A stretch of 47,136 bases of DNA, from positions 1-47,136 of IMG/VR virus record IMGVR_UViG_3300029108_000006; one strand, written 5' to 3'. A program made the translations under genes and the position numbers. The notes beneath the pieces were generated by a model, which ran no database searches, had not been told where the DNA came from, and worked only from the letters and a program-made list of their open reading frames with translations. Below, piece after piece: positions 16,567-23,931 of this stretch (within the stretch, counting starts at the first letter, position 1; every line of letters begins with the position of its first letter). This DNA is from a virus.

Positions 16567-17008
16567 CCTTGTCCTGAAATATGTGGCGGTACTTGTAGCG
16601 AGTGCCGCCTTTTTTGTTACTGGCTACCAGTACGCGGCGGCTCTGTACACAAAAGACATCGAGGAAATGCGCCGAGATTATGCCGAGCGGTCTCGAATCA
16701 TGGAGGAGGAATATCGTGCTCACGAACAAAAGCAGACTCAAGCCCTTGTGGCGGCTTGGCAGGAGCGTGATGCCGCTCTTGCTCGCATTGGTGTTCTTGC
16801 TGGTGATGTTGGGCGGGTGCGCAAGCAAGCAGCCGACGCTCGCCGTCGATTGTCCGCAGCCGGTGCCGGTACCTGCAAGTCTGAAAGAGAGCAGCTTGCC
16901 CGATGCGCAGACCTTGTCGAGCGAGGCACGGAGTTGGTTCGACGAGGTGTCGAGCTTTCTGAGCGGACTGCGATAGATAAGGACTCGGTTGTTCAACTTG
17001 TAAGATAA
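16559..17008 (+). CDS. i-spanin (Rz-like), 149 aa
   Basis: N-terminal TM (LVLKYVAVLVASAAFFVTGY) followed by a charged coiled-coil periplasmic domain. It is the last gene of the lysis cassette and contains an embedded lipoprotein ORF. Confidence 0.7.
   Translation: MNSLVLKYVAVLVASAAFFVTGYQYAAALYTKDIEEMRRDYAERSRIMEEEYRAHEQKQTQALVAAWQERDAALARIGVLAGDVGRVRKQAADARRRLSAAGAGTCKSEREQLARCADLVERGTELVRRGVELSERTAIDKDSVVQLVR
16770..16976 (+). CDS. o-spanin (Rz1-like lipoprotein), 68 aa, embedded in the +1 frame
   Basis: MPLLLALVFLLVMLGGC has a signal sequence plus the lipobox L-G-G-C, and the mature part is Pro-rich. It lies entirely inside 16559-17008. Confidence 0.75.
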   Translation: MPLLLALVFLLVMLGGCASKQPTLAVDCPQPVPVPASLKESSLPDAQTLSSEARSWFDEVSSFLSGLR

Positions 17009-17038
17009 AATGGGAGAGTCTTGATCAAGGAGCAATCA

Positions 17039-18043
17039 ATGCCCGATTATGAAATCAATACATTTGCCGAGCTGTGCCAGAGAATCATTGACTCTGACGG
17101 CAAGGGGGTCGAAAACCTTGTTGCTGTGACAAGTCCGGGCGCGTTTGCATGTACGATCAAGATAGAAGGGGACGGATACTGCGGAGAGATCCCTGGTTTT
17201 CTTCTCCAAAGCCTTTCGGAGTTCCAGACACAGGCGTTCCGAGCCTATGCTATGGCGGTATACGGGAAGGACGATCTCCGAGGTTTGGATAAAAGCAAGC
17301 TTTGGTGTTCTGTCCAGAGTCGCCAAGGTTCTTTGGATCTGGTGTTTTGTCTGGCTGTTCTCGGCGTGGGCATAGGAACTGCGATGATAAAAGATATGTC
17401 CGCAACACAAAAGACGATCTTGGGCCTAGGGGTGTTCGCTGTTTTTGCCGGGTACATTGGGGCAGATATCTACAAGACCTATTCTGCCGAGAGCATTGAG
17501 CTGGAGAAACAGGAAACTGAGCGGCAAAAAATCGAGGCCGATACGGCGAACAGGCTAGCCGAGCAGGATATAATTCGCACCGCCATGATACTTTTGAGCA
17601 AACAAGCTTCTGAGAAGGATCTGGATACCCTCGTGGCAGCTGGTGCTCATGGTCGGGTTGGGGTTGATGCCTTGATCCGAGACGCGAGGGGTGCTGTTCG
17701 CGTTACCTATGGCAAGACCGTGGTCGAGCAGGACGAGATCAAGCGGATACAATCTCCCGAGTCGGTTCCTGTGAAGCGTTACCCGAGGGAGGGGATTTTC
17801 AAGATTGTTCAAGTGAATACGGAAAATCCCGAGTTATGGAAAGTTTTGCTAAAGGACACTGTGTCGTCAGAAAAGATTCTCTCTTCCGTCACCCCGAGCA
17901 CGTTGTTCTTGAGTGCGGAGAGAGCAAAAGAGCTTTTGGACTATCAGAGGGATGAGACTCCTCTGAAAGTAACTATGTCTTGCGCAGAGAAGGGCGATTC
18001 CAAGACATATACAATTGACCAAATGGAGCTCTATGTAGAGTAA
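17039..18043 (+). CDS. Hypothetical two-TM membrane protein, 334 aa (moron next to the integrase)
   Basis: ATG at 17039 lies 6 nt after AAGGAG. It has two central hydrophobic helices (LDLVFCLAVLGVGIGTAMI and ILGLGVFAVFAGYIGADIY), then a coiled coil and a beta-rich C-terminus, and is followed by a strong terminator. No family recognised. Confidence 0.7.
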   Translation: MPDYEINTFAELCQRIIDSDGKGVENLVAVTSPGAFACTIKIEGDGYCGEIPGFLLQSLSEFQTQAFRAYAMAVYGKDDLRGLDKSKLWCSVQSRQGSLDLVFCLAVLGVGIGTAMIKDMSATQKTILGLGVFAVFAGYIGADIYKTYSAESIELEKQETERQKIEADTANRLAEQDIIRTAMILLSKQASEKDLDTLVAAGAHGRVGVDALIRDARGAVRVTYGKTVVEQDEIKRIQSPESVPVKRYPREGIFKIVQVNTENPELWKVLLKDTVSSEKILSSVTPSTLFLSAERAKELLDYQRDETPLKVTMSCAEKGDSKTYTIDQMELYVE

Positions 18044-18116
18044 CAACACCATACGGGCACCGAGAGTACCTGCGCTCAAGGATAGGGAGCGCCGGGAAAT
18101 CCTGCCCATGAAAATG

Positions 18117-18153
18117 CCCCACTTACAGTCGCTGGTAGGTGGGGCGTTTTTTT
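18117..18153 (+). terminator. Rho-independent terminator, possibly bidirectional
   Basis: ccccacttac-agtcgctg-gtaggtgggg followed by cgttttttt. It sits between convergent genes, and the reverse strand has a shorter T-run. Confidence 0.7.
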
Positions 18154-18169
18154 GTGCCTTTGGGAAACG

Positions 18170-19339
18170 TCACTCCTTCTTCGGCATGATCGCATCCGCC
18201 CACTGCTGCATGACTGGACGGCGTTGCTCAAGGAGGTCGGAGCGTTGATAAGCGCGCAGAACCTTGTCGCTGTTGATGTGGGCGAGCGAACGCTCTGCGA
18301 GAGCTTCATGTATGAAGTTCTCTTCACACCAGTCTCGGAAAGTTGATCTCATCCCGTGCATGGTCGCCGTCGTACCAGTCGCCTTGCGAATAAAGGCTCT
18401 GGGGCTGTCGATGACCATTTCTTTAGAAGATGATCGTGGGGCCGGGAAGATGAGTTCGCCCGTCTTCTCTGATCGCTCGAGGACGGCAATGGCTTGCTTT
18501 GATAAAGGCACGCGGTGCTCGATGCCGCACTTCATTCGCGTAGCCGGGATTGTCCAGATGGCATCGTCGAAGTTTATCTCGTCCCATCGTGCCCCAAGGA
18601 ATTCCTGAGCGCGTGTCGCCGTGAGGATGCCAAAGAGCGTAGCTCGTGCTACGACGGAAGCCTTTGTCGAGATATCGGGAGCAAAGGCCTTCAGTTCTGC
18701 CAAAGGCATTGCTTCGTGGTGCTTGATTTCATGAACCTTTGAGATCGGTGGAAGGAAGAAGGACAGGCCGTCTTTCCAAGTAGCGGGATTGGTTTGGATG
18801 ATTTCTTCAGCTATTGCCTGAGAGAAGAGACTTTCGAGTCGGCCTCTCAGGCGACTGGCAGTCTCTGGCTTTTCTGTCCAGATGGGCTTGAGGACTTCGA
18901 GGATGTCGCCACGCGTGATGTCTTTGACGCGTAGTTGACCGAGGATCGGGACGGCATACGTCTCGATGGTCGAGGTCCACTGCTCAGCGTGCTTGGAATT
19001 CTTCCAACGCTTTACATCCTTGATGGTGGCGATGGCGCCAGGGTAGAAGTCTTTGAAAGTGATGTTTTCTTTGCTGTCGGCTTCGTCGTGCTTCAAAGAC
19101 ATCGGGTCAATGCCGTCGGTGACCATTGCCATGATTTTGGCAGCACGTGCTTTGGCGGCGCTGATTGAGACACGAGAAGCTCCTCCGATGGACAAGTCCT
19201 TTCGGGTTCCGGCGAAGCGGTAGCGGACAACCCACTGGCGAGAAGACTCAGATCGAACCAACAGCATTAGACCGCCGCCGAGAGAGTAGCGACCGACAGG
19301 AAGTGTTAAGACGTTCTTCGAAGTTACTTGAACCTTCAC
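18170..19339 (-). CDS. int: Tyrosine integrase, P4-type (arm-binding N-terminal domain), 389 aa
   Basis: N-terminus LPVGRYSLGGGLMLLVRSESSRQWVVRYRFAGTRKDLSIG...AKARAAKI is the P4-integrase arm-binding domain. The C-terminus has the R...HGMRSTFRDW...Y catalytic pattern. GTG start at 19339 lies 5 nt after GGAGG. The first 15 codons of the tracked ORF are repeat DNA. Confidence 0.9.
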   Translation of the reverse strand: MKVQVTSKNVLTLPVGRYSLGGGLMLLVRSESSRQWVVRYRFAGTRKDLSIGGASRVSISAAKARAAKIMAMVTDGIDPMSLKHDEADSKENITFKDFYPGAIATIKDVKRWKNSKHAEQWTSTIETYAVPILGQLRVKDITRGDILEVLKPIWTEKPETASRLRGRLESLFSQAIAEEIIQTNPATWKDGLSFFLPPISKVHEIKHHEAMPLAELKAFAPDISTKASVVARATLFGILTATRAQEFLGARWDEINFDDAIWTIPATRMKCGIEHRVPLSKQAIAVLERSEKTGELIFPAPRSSSKEMVIDSPRAFIRKATGTTATMHGMRSTFRDWCEENFIHEALAERSLAHINSDKVLRAYQRSDLLEQRRPVMQQWADAIMPKKE

Positions 19340-19360
19340 TTTTACCTCCGACGATGTACC

Positions 19361-19386
19361 AAAAAGAACCACCAAAAGAACCACCG
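19361..19386. repeat. Arm-type repeat block 1: aaaaaGAACCACCaaaaGAACCACCg
   Basis: Read directly. It is itself a tandem of AAAAGAACCACC. Confidence 0.8.
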
Positions 19387-19588
19387 TTGCAGTGTACTAT
19401 GTGGCGAAATGTGGCGCAATTTGACGGTTTTTGAGGAAGGTGTGTGAGTAGTTAAGTGCCGAAAGTGCTTGATTTACAAGGGAGATAAAGAAAAACCCCG
19501 AAGTCACAAGAACTTCGGGGTTTGTGTCTTGGCGGAGAAGGGGGAATACTCAAACGAGCGCGGGACAAGGGTTTGAGGAGGGGTTTTA

Positions 19589-19614
19589 GAAAAAGAACCA
19601 CCAAAAGACCCACC
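19589..19614. repeat. Arm-type repeat block 2: aaaaaGAACCACCaaaaGACCCACCg
   Basis: 25 of 26 positions identical to 19361-19386, in the same orientation. Confidence 0.8.
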
Positions 19615-19630
19615 GACGAAAAAAAGAAGA

Positions 19631-19900
19631 CTAACGGTTTTTTTTGCTTGTGGCGTTGCGAGATTCTCTGGCTACGCGACTCAGGAACTCGCGTAGAGCT
19701 GCGATGGGGTACGCAGTAATGCCTGGATAGGCTACAGGGTCCGGGAAGCCGCTTTCCAATGCCCAACGTCGAAGTGTCGGCTCTGATGTATCAAAGGCGG
19801 CGATGACTTCATCTCGCGTTAGAAATGCATAGTCAGGAACTGCCGGATCAAAGAGCATCGCGCGAATGCTCTTTCCGTCTAGTGTATTACCTATTGCCAT
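19631..19900 (-). CDS. Excisionase / AlpA-type HTH protein, 89 aa
   Basis: LTRDEVIAAFDTSEPTLRRWALESGFPDPV is the AlpA/Xis-type helix-turn-helix. It is adjacent to int. ATG at 19900 lies 7 nt after GAGGA. Confidence 0.65.
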   Translation of the reverse strand: MAIGNTLDGKSIRAMLFDPAVPDYAFLTRDEVIAAFDTSEPTLRRWALESGFPDPVAYPGITAYPIAALREFLSRVARESRNATSKKNR

Positions 19901-19910
19901 AGTTTGGTCC

Positions 19911-20675
19911 TCACGATGCCAGTTCAAGCCGTTCGTTCCTGGTGATCTTGCCTTCCTTCAACAGCTCCTTGTAAAGCCGGAAAAGCCCCTTCGGCGTCAC
20001 GTGCGCCGTGACGGACACGCTCGGTCCTTTTTCAGGATGATCGAAGTTCGACACGCGCGGGCGAAGAACACCTTGCTTGACTCTGTCGGCATAGGGTTCG
20101 TTCTTCGCAGTGAGCCACGAGTGCGTGCGCAGCCAGTCGAAGAGGTGCTTGGCCGGATAGCCGAGCGTCTTTGCCGCCTCTCGAATGAGCATGTCGCCGT
20201 AGGAGGCCTCGACAGTCTCAGCAAAGGCAACCTTAGGAGCGTCCTCGGCGATCTTGTGTTCAAGCGCTGCGGTCTTCTCCAGAGATGAGGCCAGCTGTCG
20301 CAGCGCCGTCGGATAGTCCGGCAACGCGGGAGCGGATACCTTGGCCTTCGCAAGTTCGTCGCGACAATCGCTGAATGCTTTGACGAGGCGAATTTTGAAG
20401 GTGCGGGCGATCTCTGTGTTCTTCAGGTAGGTGAAGAGGAGCATTGCCTGGTTTTCGTTGAATAAGGCGACCTCGCGTTTTTGAGTGCCGCCATTCGTTT
20501 CAAAGGGTCGGGTTTCAAATCCAACCCTTCCGAAGGAGTTGAAGTCGTCCTCATACTTGCGCGTTAGCTTCATCACCGAAGCGTGTTCGATTTGAGCGCC
20601 GTCAGCGATGGTGAGAGAGTCGACGACCGGTTGGCCGTTGGTGAGTTTGATGATTTCATTCATTTGCGTTTTCAT
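19911..20675 (-). CDS. Antirepressor-type regulator (Rha N-terminal domain plus KilAC/ANT C-terminal domain), 254 aa
   Basis: The N-terminus PVVDSLTIADGAQIEHASVMKLTRKYEDDF is Rha-like. The C-terminus LIREAAKTLGYPAKHLFDWLRTHSWL is ANT/KilAC-like. Confidence 0.75.
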   Translation of the reverse strand: MKTQMNEIIKLTNGQPVVDSLTIADGAQIEHASVMKLTRKYEDDFNSFGRVGFETRPFETNGGTQKREVALFNENQAMLLFTYLKNTEIARTFKIRLVKAFSDCRDELAKAKVSAPALPDYPTALRQLASSLEKTAALEHKIAEDAPKVAFAETVEASYGDMLIREAAKTLGYPAKHLFDWLRTHSWLTAKNEPYADRVKQGVLRPRVSNFDHPEKGPSVSVTAHVTPKGLFRLYKELLKEGKITRNERLELAS

Positions 20676-20946
20676 CCGTTACGGAAACGACAAGTTCAGC
20701 GGTCTCGATGAGGGCAGCCGCTGTTGCGATAGACGATTGGATGTCTTTGTAGGAGCTGAGAACTTGAGGGTTTTCGGTGGCGTCGAAAACCATTGTCAGG
20801 ATGCTGCGTGCCTCTTGGCAGAGCGAAAGCGCCTGAGAGTGGGCCTCAGCTGAGGACAGAGAGTTGGAGAGCAACCCTCTGATGACGAAGGGCAAATTGA
20901 ATGTTGACAGTGTCGCGGACGCGACAGCAGATTGACTGGCTTGCAT
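20656..20946 (-). CDS. Hypothetical helical protein, 96 aa
   Basis: ATG lies 7 nt after AAAGGAG. It is the first gene of the unit that continues into the antirepressor gene. Confidence 0.5.
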   Translation of the reverse strand: MQASQSAVASATLSTFNLPFVIRGLLSNSLSSAEAHSQALSLCQEARSILTMVFDATENPQVLSSYKDIQSSIATAAALIETAELVVSVTDENANE

Positions 20947-20955
20947 AGCGAGTCT

Positions 20956-21037
20956 CCTTTGGGTGTTGCTGGAGCCTCGCGACCACTTTCCACGGTGGTG
21001 AGCGAGGCGCTACGGGGTGGAAATACCGTCCCAAAGG
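20956..21037 (-). promoter_or_regulatory. Candidate SD-sequestering leader structure
   Basis: On the mRNA (- strand), CCTTTGGG (21037-21030) is the exact complement of CCCAAAGG (20963-20956), which is the 5' part of the SD for the gene starting at 20946. The pair encloses a 12-bp hairpin (20974-21008). Confidence 0.35.
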
Positions 21038-21306
21038 TGCCGGCCGCCGCAAGGGCGCCCGTAGGCCTCACTCGTAAAAGTGATATGCACGCACACAAAA
21101 AATCCGCTCGAACGAGAAGACGTAAGGCGGTTGTGCGCCTTTGGGGTTCGTCCGGGTTTCCACGCCCGATCACGCTTTTTCTCACGTGATGGGCTCATTG
21201 TATGCATGCGTTTGTCAGTTTGTCAACATTCGTTGCCGTATGATGTTGGGTGAGCTCGCGTCGTCACACGCGAGCCCACCATTTCTCACACTCGGAGTAA
21301 GCGAGC

Positions 21307-22002
21307 ATGAAAACGTACCCGTACCCACAAGACCAGATCATGGAATACCTGCAGGAAGCGGCTGATAATGGAGAAGTGATTCAGCTGACCTATTACGGCG
21401 GAACTCGTCCTGGTGAGGCGCGTTCTGTTGTTCCGACAACGGTTTATAAAACTCGTTTTCATGGAATTTGCATAGACTCCAATATTGAAAAAACATATCT
21501 GTACGAAAAATGCTACTTTCCGAAGATGTTTGGTGTTCAAAAGCGTAATGCTTTAGCAGATACTCCATCACGGTTTGCGGGAAGTTCAAAAAGGTTCGAT
21601 ACCTTTTCTGAAAGTGACTCAAATGCACGAGAAATCCGTAGATTGGAAGACCTAAAGAGAAGCAAAGAGAAACTTGAGAAAAGCAAGAAGGAGCTTGCAG
21701 ACTCTGTGGGAGAGCTTAAGGAGTCTTGGAACGACTTGGCTCATATCGTCAAGACACGGGGCGGTACAAGACCGATTCGTCAGACAGCCCAGGAGCCGTT
21801 AACCACAGAAGAAAAGCCTTCAATCAGTCAGCGCGGCTGGTTCATCTTGGTTTGGTATGTTGTTTTCTTTCCGGTTGGTGTCACACTCACCTTGGTGAAT
21901 CCGAGATACAGCAAGCAAAAGAAAGCAGTCATCGTGTTGTTGTTCGTTGCATTTTTATGCGTGATTTGGTCGATGCCTCAGCCTCAAACTCCGCCAGCGT
22001 AG
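21307..22002 (+). CDS. Hypothetical membrane protein, 231 aa: WYL-like N-terminal beta-barrel motif, coiled coil, two C-terminal TM segments
   Basis: It is on the opposite strand to the surrounding early-left operon and has lower GC. GGAG lies 9 nt upstream. VIQLTYYGGTRPGEARSVVPTTVY resembles the WYL-domain core. The C-terminal stretches WFILVWYVVFFPVGVTLTLV and VIVLLFVAFLCVIW are TM segments. Confidence 0.7.
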   Translation: MKTYPYPQDQIMEYLQEAADNGEVIQLTYYGGTRPGEARSVVPTTVYKTRFHGICIDSNIEKTYLYEKCYFPKMFGVQKRNALADTPSRFAGSSKRFDTFSESDSNAREIRRLEDLKRSKEKLEKSKKELADSVGELKESWNDLAHIVKTRGGTRPIRQTAQEPLTTEEKPSISQRGWFILVWYVVFFPVGVTLTLVNPRYSKQKKAVIVLLFVAFLCVIWSMPQPQTPPA

Positions 22003-22007
22003 TTCCC

Positions 22008-22433
22008 TTAAAACGGTACTTCGCCGTCGTCATAGGTCTGGGTATGCTCTTGTGCGCGTGATCGCCTTGCCGGCTCTTCCTGTCGCTGTTCTCCACGATC
22101 CTTCGCGCTCTGGACGAACTGGAAGTGTTCGCAGATGACTTCCGTCACCCATCGGTCGGCGCCGTTTTTGTCTTTGTACTTTCTCGTTTGAAGACGGCCA
22201 CGTACCCAGATCGGCGACCCCTTGTGCAGATACTCGGCAATCGTCTCGGCAGTCTTGCCAAAGGCGACGACGGTGTTCCAGTCTGTGGCGTTTTCGTATT
22301 GACCGTCCGCGTTTTTCACTCTACGGTTTGTGGCGACGGCCAGGGAAACGAAAGCGAGGTTGTTCGTCCCATATCGGAGGTCAGGGTCGCGGCCAAGACA
22401 GCCGCAAATGGTCACTTCGTTGATGTTCAGCAT
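22008..22433 (-). CDS. ssb: Single-stranded DNA-binding protein, 141 aa
   Basis: OB-fold signature (ICGCLGRDPDLRY...WNTVVAFGKTAE...YLHKGSPIWVRGRLQTRKY) and the acidic C-terminal tip DDGEVPF. Confidence 0.9.
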   Translation of the reverse strand: MLNINEVTICGCLGRDPDLRYGTNNLAFVSLAVATNRRVKNADGQYENATDWNTVVAFGKTAETIAEYLHKGSPIWVRGRLQTRKYKDKNGADRWVTEVICEHFQFVQSAKDRGEQRQEEPARRSRAQEHTQTYDDGEVPF

Positions 22434-22744
22434 TGTTGTTCCTTTGAAATTCGGTTGATTTGTCGTTCAATCTTTTCGTGCATTGCTAGGTCGACCTTGG
22501 CGCTGAAACCGGGGATCAACAGGCGCAGTTGACCGATCATCACGAGGCAGTCGGCACACTCTTCCGCAAGGTTGTTTTCAAGCGCCGTGATGCACCGATA
22601 CTTGCCGCCGGATGCTTCGGCCTGTCGGGCGAGCGCAAGACGTGAAGCCGCAGTTGCAGCCTCTCCGAACTCTTCGGCAGCCTTGAGCGTCTGATGGTCT
22701 CGCCCGTAGTGTCTGGCAATGTCTTTCAGTTCTTCGTCGATCAT
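22427..22744 (-). CDS. MazG-like all-alpha NTP pyrophosphohydrolase, 105 aa
   Basis: Two EExxE/ExxD-type metal-binding helices (KAAEEFGEAA and LAEECADCLVM). The start sits in an ATGA overlap with the upstream stop. The longer tracked ORF (to 22867) overlaps another gene. Confidence 0.6.
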   Translation of the reverse strand: MIDEELKDIARHYGRDHQTLKAAEEFGEAATAASRLALARQAEASGGKYRCITALENNLAEECADCLVMIGQLRLLIPGFSAKVDLAMHEKIERQINRISKEQQC

Positions 22745-22959
22745 TCTTCGTAGTCCTCGCACCAAGGACGGAAAGAAAGCTGATACTTGCTGACGTCCAG
22801 TTGCCGGTTGCGGTCGTCGTACCAGTGTGTGCCGTTGAAGTAGGCGTACAAGCGGAAAGGTTTGCATCCTTCGCGATAGACGAGCTCGATCTGGTAGTGC
22901 CCGGGCTCCGGACGCTCTTACTTGAATGAGCGCCAGCGTTCGTTGTCTTGGTTAGTCAT
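22741..22959 (-). pseudogene. DUF551-like small gene interrupted by an in-frame TAA (codon 14)
   Basis: Hand translation: MTNQDNERWRSFK*ERPEPGHYQIELVYREGCKPFRLYAYFNGTHWYDDRNRQLDVSKYQLSFRPWCEDYEE*. It is ATGA-coupled at both ends. There is no in-frame ATG or GTG after the stop at 22918-22920. Confidence 0.5.
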
Positions 22960-23192
22960 TCCTGCTCCTTGATCTCTTCAATGTCCTGCCACTCGATCCG
23001 GACGTGCGCGAGGCATGCGCCTATCCATATGCCGACCGTGATGCCCTCGGCAAGCTCGCGATCTGTTATTCGCCCGGCTTTGTGAGCATCCGCAAACGCG
23101 ACTGCATACTTGTTCAGACGTTCGTGGAATTTGCCACCGGACAACGTCTCTAGTTTTCTTCGCGCTTTTTCGTCGCGCAGTTGAAATGTCAT
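22956..23192 (-). CDS. Hypothetical protein, 78 aa (paralog of the N-terminal domain of 23928-24365)
   Basis: The start sits in an ATGA overlap. MTFQLRDEKARRKLETLSGGKFHERL... parallels MKFRLKNKDLQVQLDALSGGDFSRRL... Confidence 0.55.
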   Translation of the reverse strand: MTFQLRDEKARRKLETLSGGKFHERLNKYAVAFADAHKAGRITDRELAEGITVGIWIGACLAHVRIEWQDIEEIKEQE

Positions 23193-23668
23193 TCGATCAA
23201 TCCTTCCTCTTTCATGACGCGGACCGGCTTCAGGTGGTGCTTCATAACGTAATGAAGCGCTTGGTCCATCTCTTTGTAGGTGAAGCCCTTGAACAGCTCG
23301 ATCAGGTTCGGCAGCAGGGCTTCTGCTTGCAACAAGTTTTCTTTCGCAATCACGTGCTTCTCTTGCCAGATGCGCCAGGCCGCGTCGACCTGACGCCATG
23401 CCGGCTCAATCTCGCGCCTGAACTCTTCGCCTTCTTCAAGGTCGTATGAGAGACGGTCCGCGAGAAGCAGAAGGCCGACGAGGTAAGCCCACGATTCGTG
23501 CGATGGTTCAGTTCTGAAGGACTGAAGGTGGATGCGATAGTCGAGCTCGATACTGGCGGCGGCGCGATCGCTGAGCCCCTTATTCGCCGAGATGTCGAGC
23601 ATGTCGAGGTAACCGATGCGGTGCTTCTTCGGGTCGTACTTCTTCGTGCGCTTTTTCTTAGGCTTCAT
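23189..23668 (-). CDS. Hypothetical protein, 159 aa (basic N-terminus MKPKKKRTKKYDPKKHR)
   Basis: Internal ATG at 23668 in an ATGA overlap with the upstream stop. The longer tracked ORF overlaps 23665-23931. Confidence 0.6.
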   Translation of the reverse strand: MKPKKKRTKKYDPKKHRIGYLDMLDISANKGLSDRAAASIELDYRIHLQSFRTEPSHESWAYLVGLLLLADRLSYDLEEGEEFRREIEPAWRQVDAAWRIWQEKHVIAKENLLQAEALLPNLIELFKGFTYKEMDQALHYVMKHHLKPVRVMKEEGLIE

Positions 23669-23931
23669 TCCTCGTCCTCCCACGGAGCATATCGGGCGGT
23701 CACATCCTCGCGTCCGAAGGCGTCCAATCGGCCGTTCCAAAAGATAGGAAGCCGGTGGAACGAACCAAACGGGATGAAGTCGTGCCCGTCGAAAACCGCA
23801 AACCCCTGAAAAAGCGTCTTGCCGTAGTACGGTTCCGGCGTGCCAGTGTTTTGATCCTTTTCTTTGACTTCGAGCCTGAGCGGCAAGCCGCGCGGCGGCG
23901 TCGTGTCCGGATACGTTTTCCATTGCGTCAT
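23665..23931 (-). CDS. DUF551-like small protein, 88 aa
   Basis: It shares the frame W..YP...PP...L.L.V... and an acidic ...APWEDEE end with two neighbouring paralogs. ATGA-coupled. Confidence 0.6.
   Translation of the reverse strand: MTQWKTYPDTTPPRGLPLRLEVKEKDQNTGTPEPYYGKTLFQGFAVFDGHDFIPFGSFHRLPIFWNGRLDAFGREDVTARYAPWEDEE

Larger units (their letters stand above)
19340..19630. promoter_or_regulatory. Probable attP region (arm-type repeats plus a central hairpin)
   Basis: A non-coding gap between int and xis. Two near-identical 26-nt repeat blocks flank about 200 bp that contains an 11-bp-stem hairpin (19494-19522). Confidence 0.5.

Noticed and set aside
19340-19384. N-terminal 15 codons of the tracked integrase ORF (MVLLVVLFGTSSEVK)
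   Set aside because: These codons are the translation of the GAACCACC repeat block. A GTG with a GGAGG RBS at 19339 gives the canonical P4-integrase N-terminus.
19530-19590. Possible tRNA 3' end in the attP region (TGGCGGAGAAGGGGGAATACTCAAAC read as the reverse complement of an acceptor/T-arm)
   Set aside because: When laid out as acceptor plus T-arm, the would-be T-loop reads tgagtat instead of TTCRANY and the T-stem does not pair. No tRNA call is supportable.
20956-21037. Cloverleaf-like 82-nt fold considered as a tRNA or tRNA-like gene
   Set aside because: The central hairpin has a 12-bp stem, there is no GTTCRA T-loop on either strand, and there is no D-arm. It is better explained as an mRNA leader structure.
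20932-21189. ORFs of 65-129 aa on both strands in the 20.8-21.4 kb gap
   Set aside because: They mutually overlap, are Arg/Pro/Ala-rich and lack an SD. The region is better explained by RNA structure.
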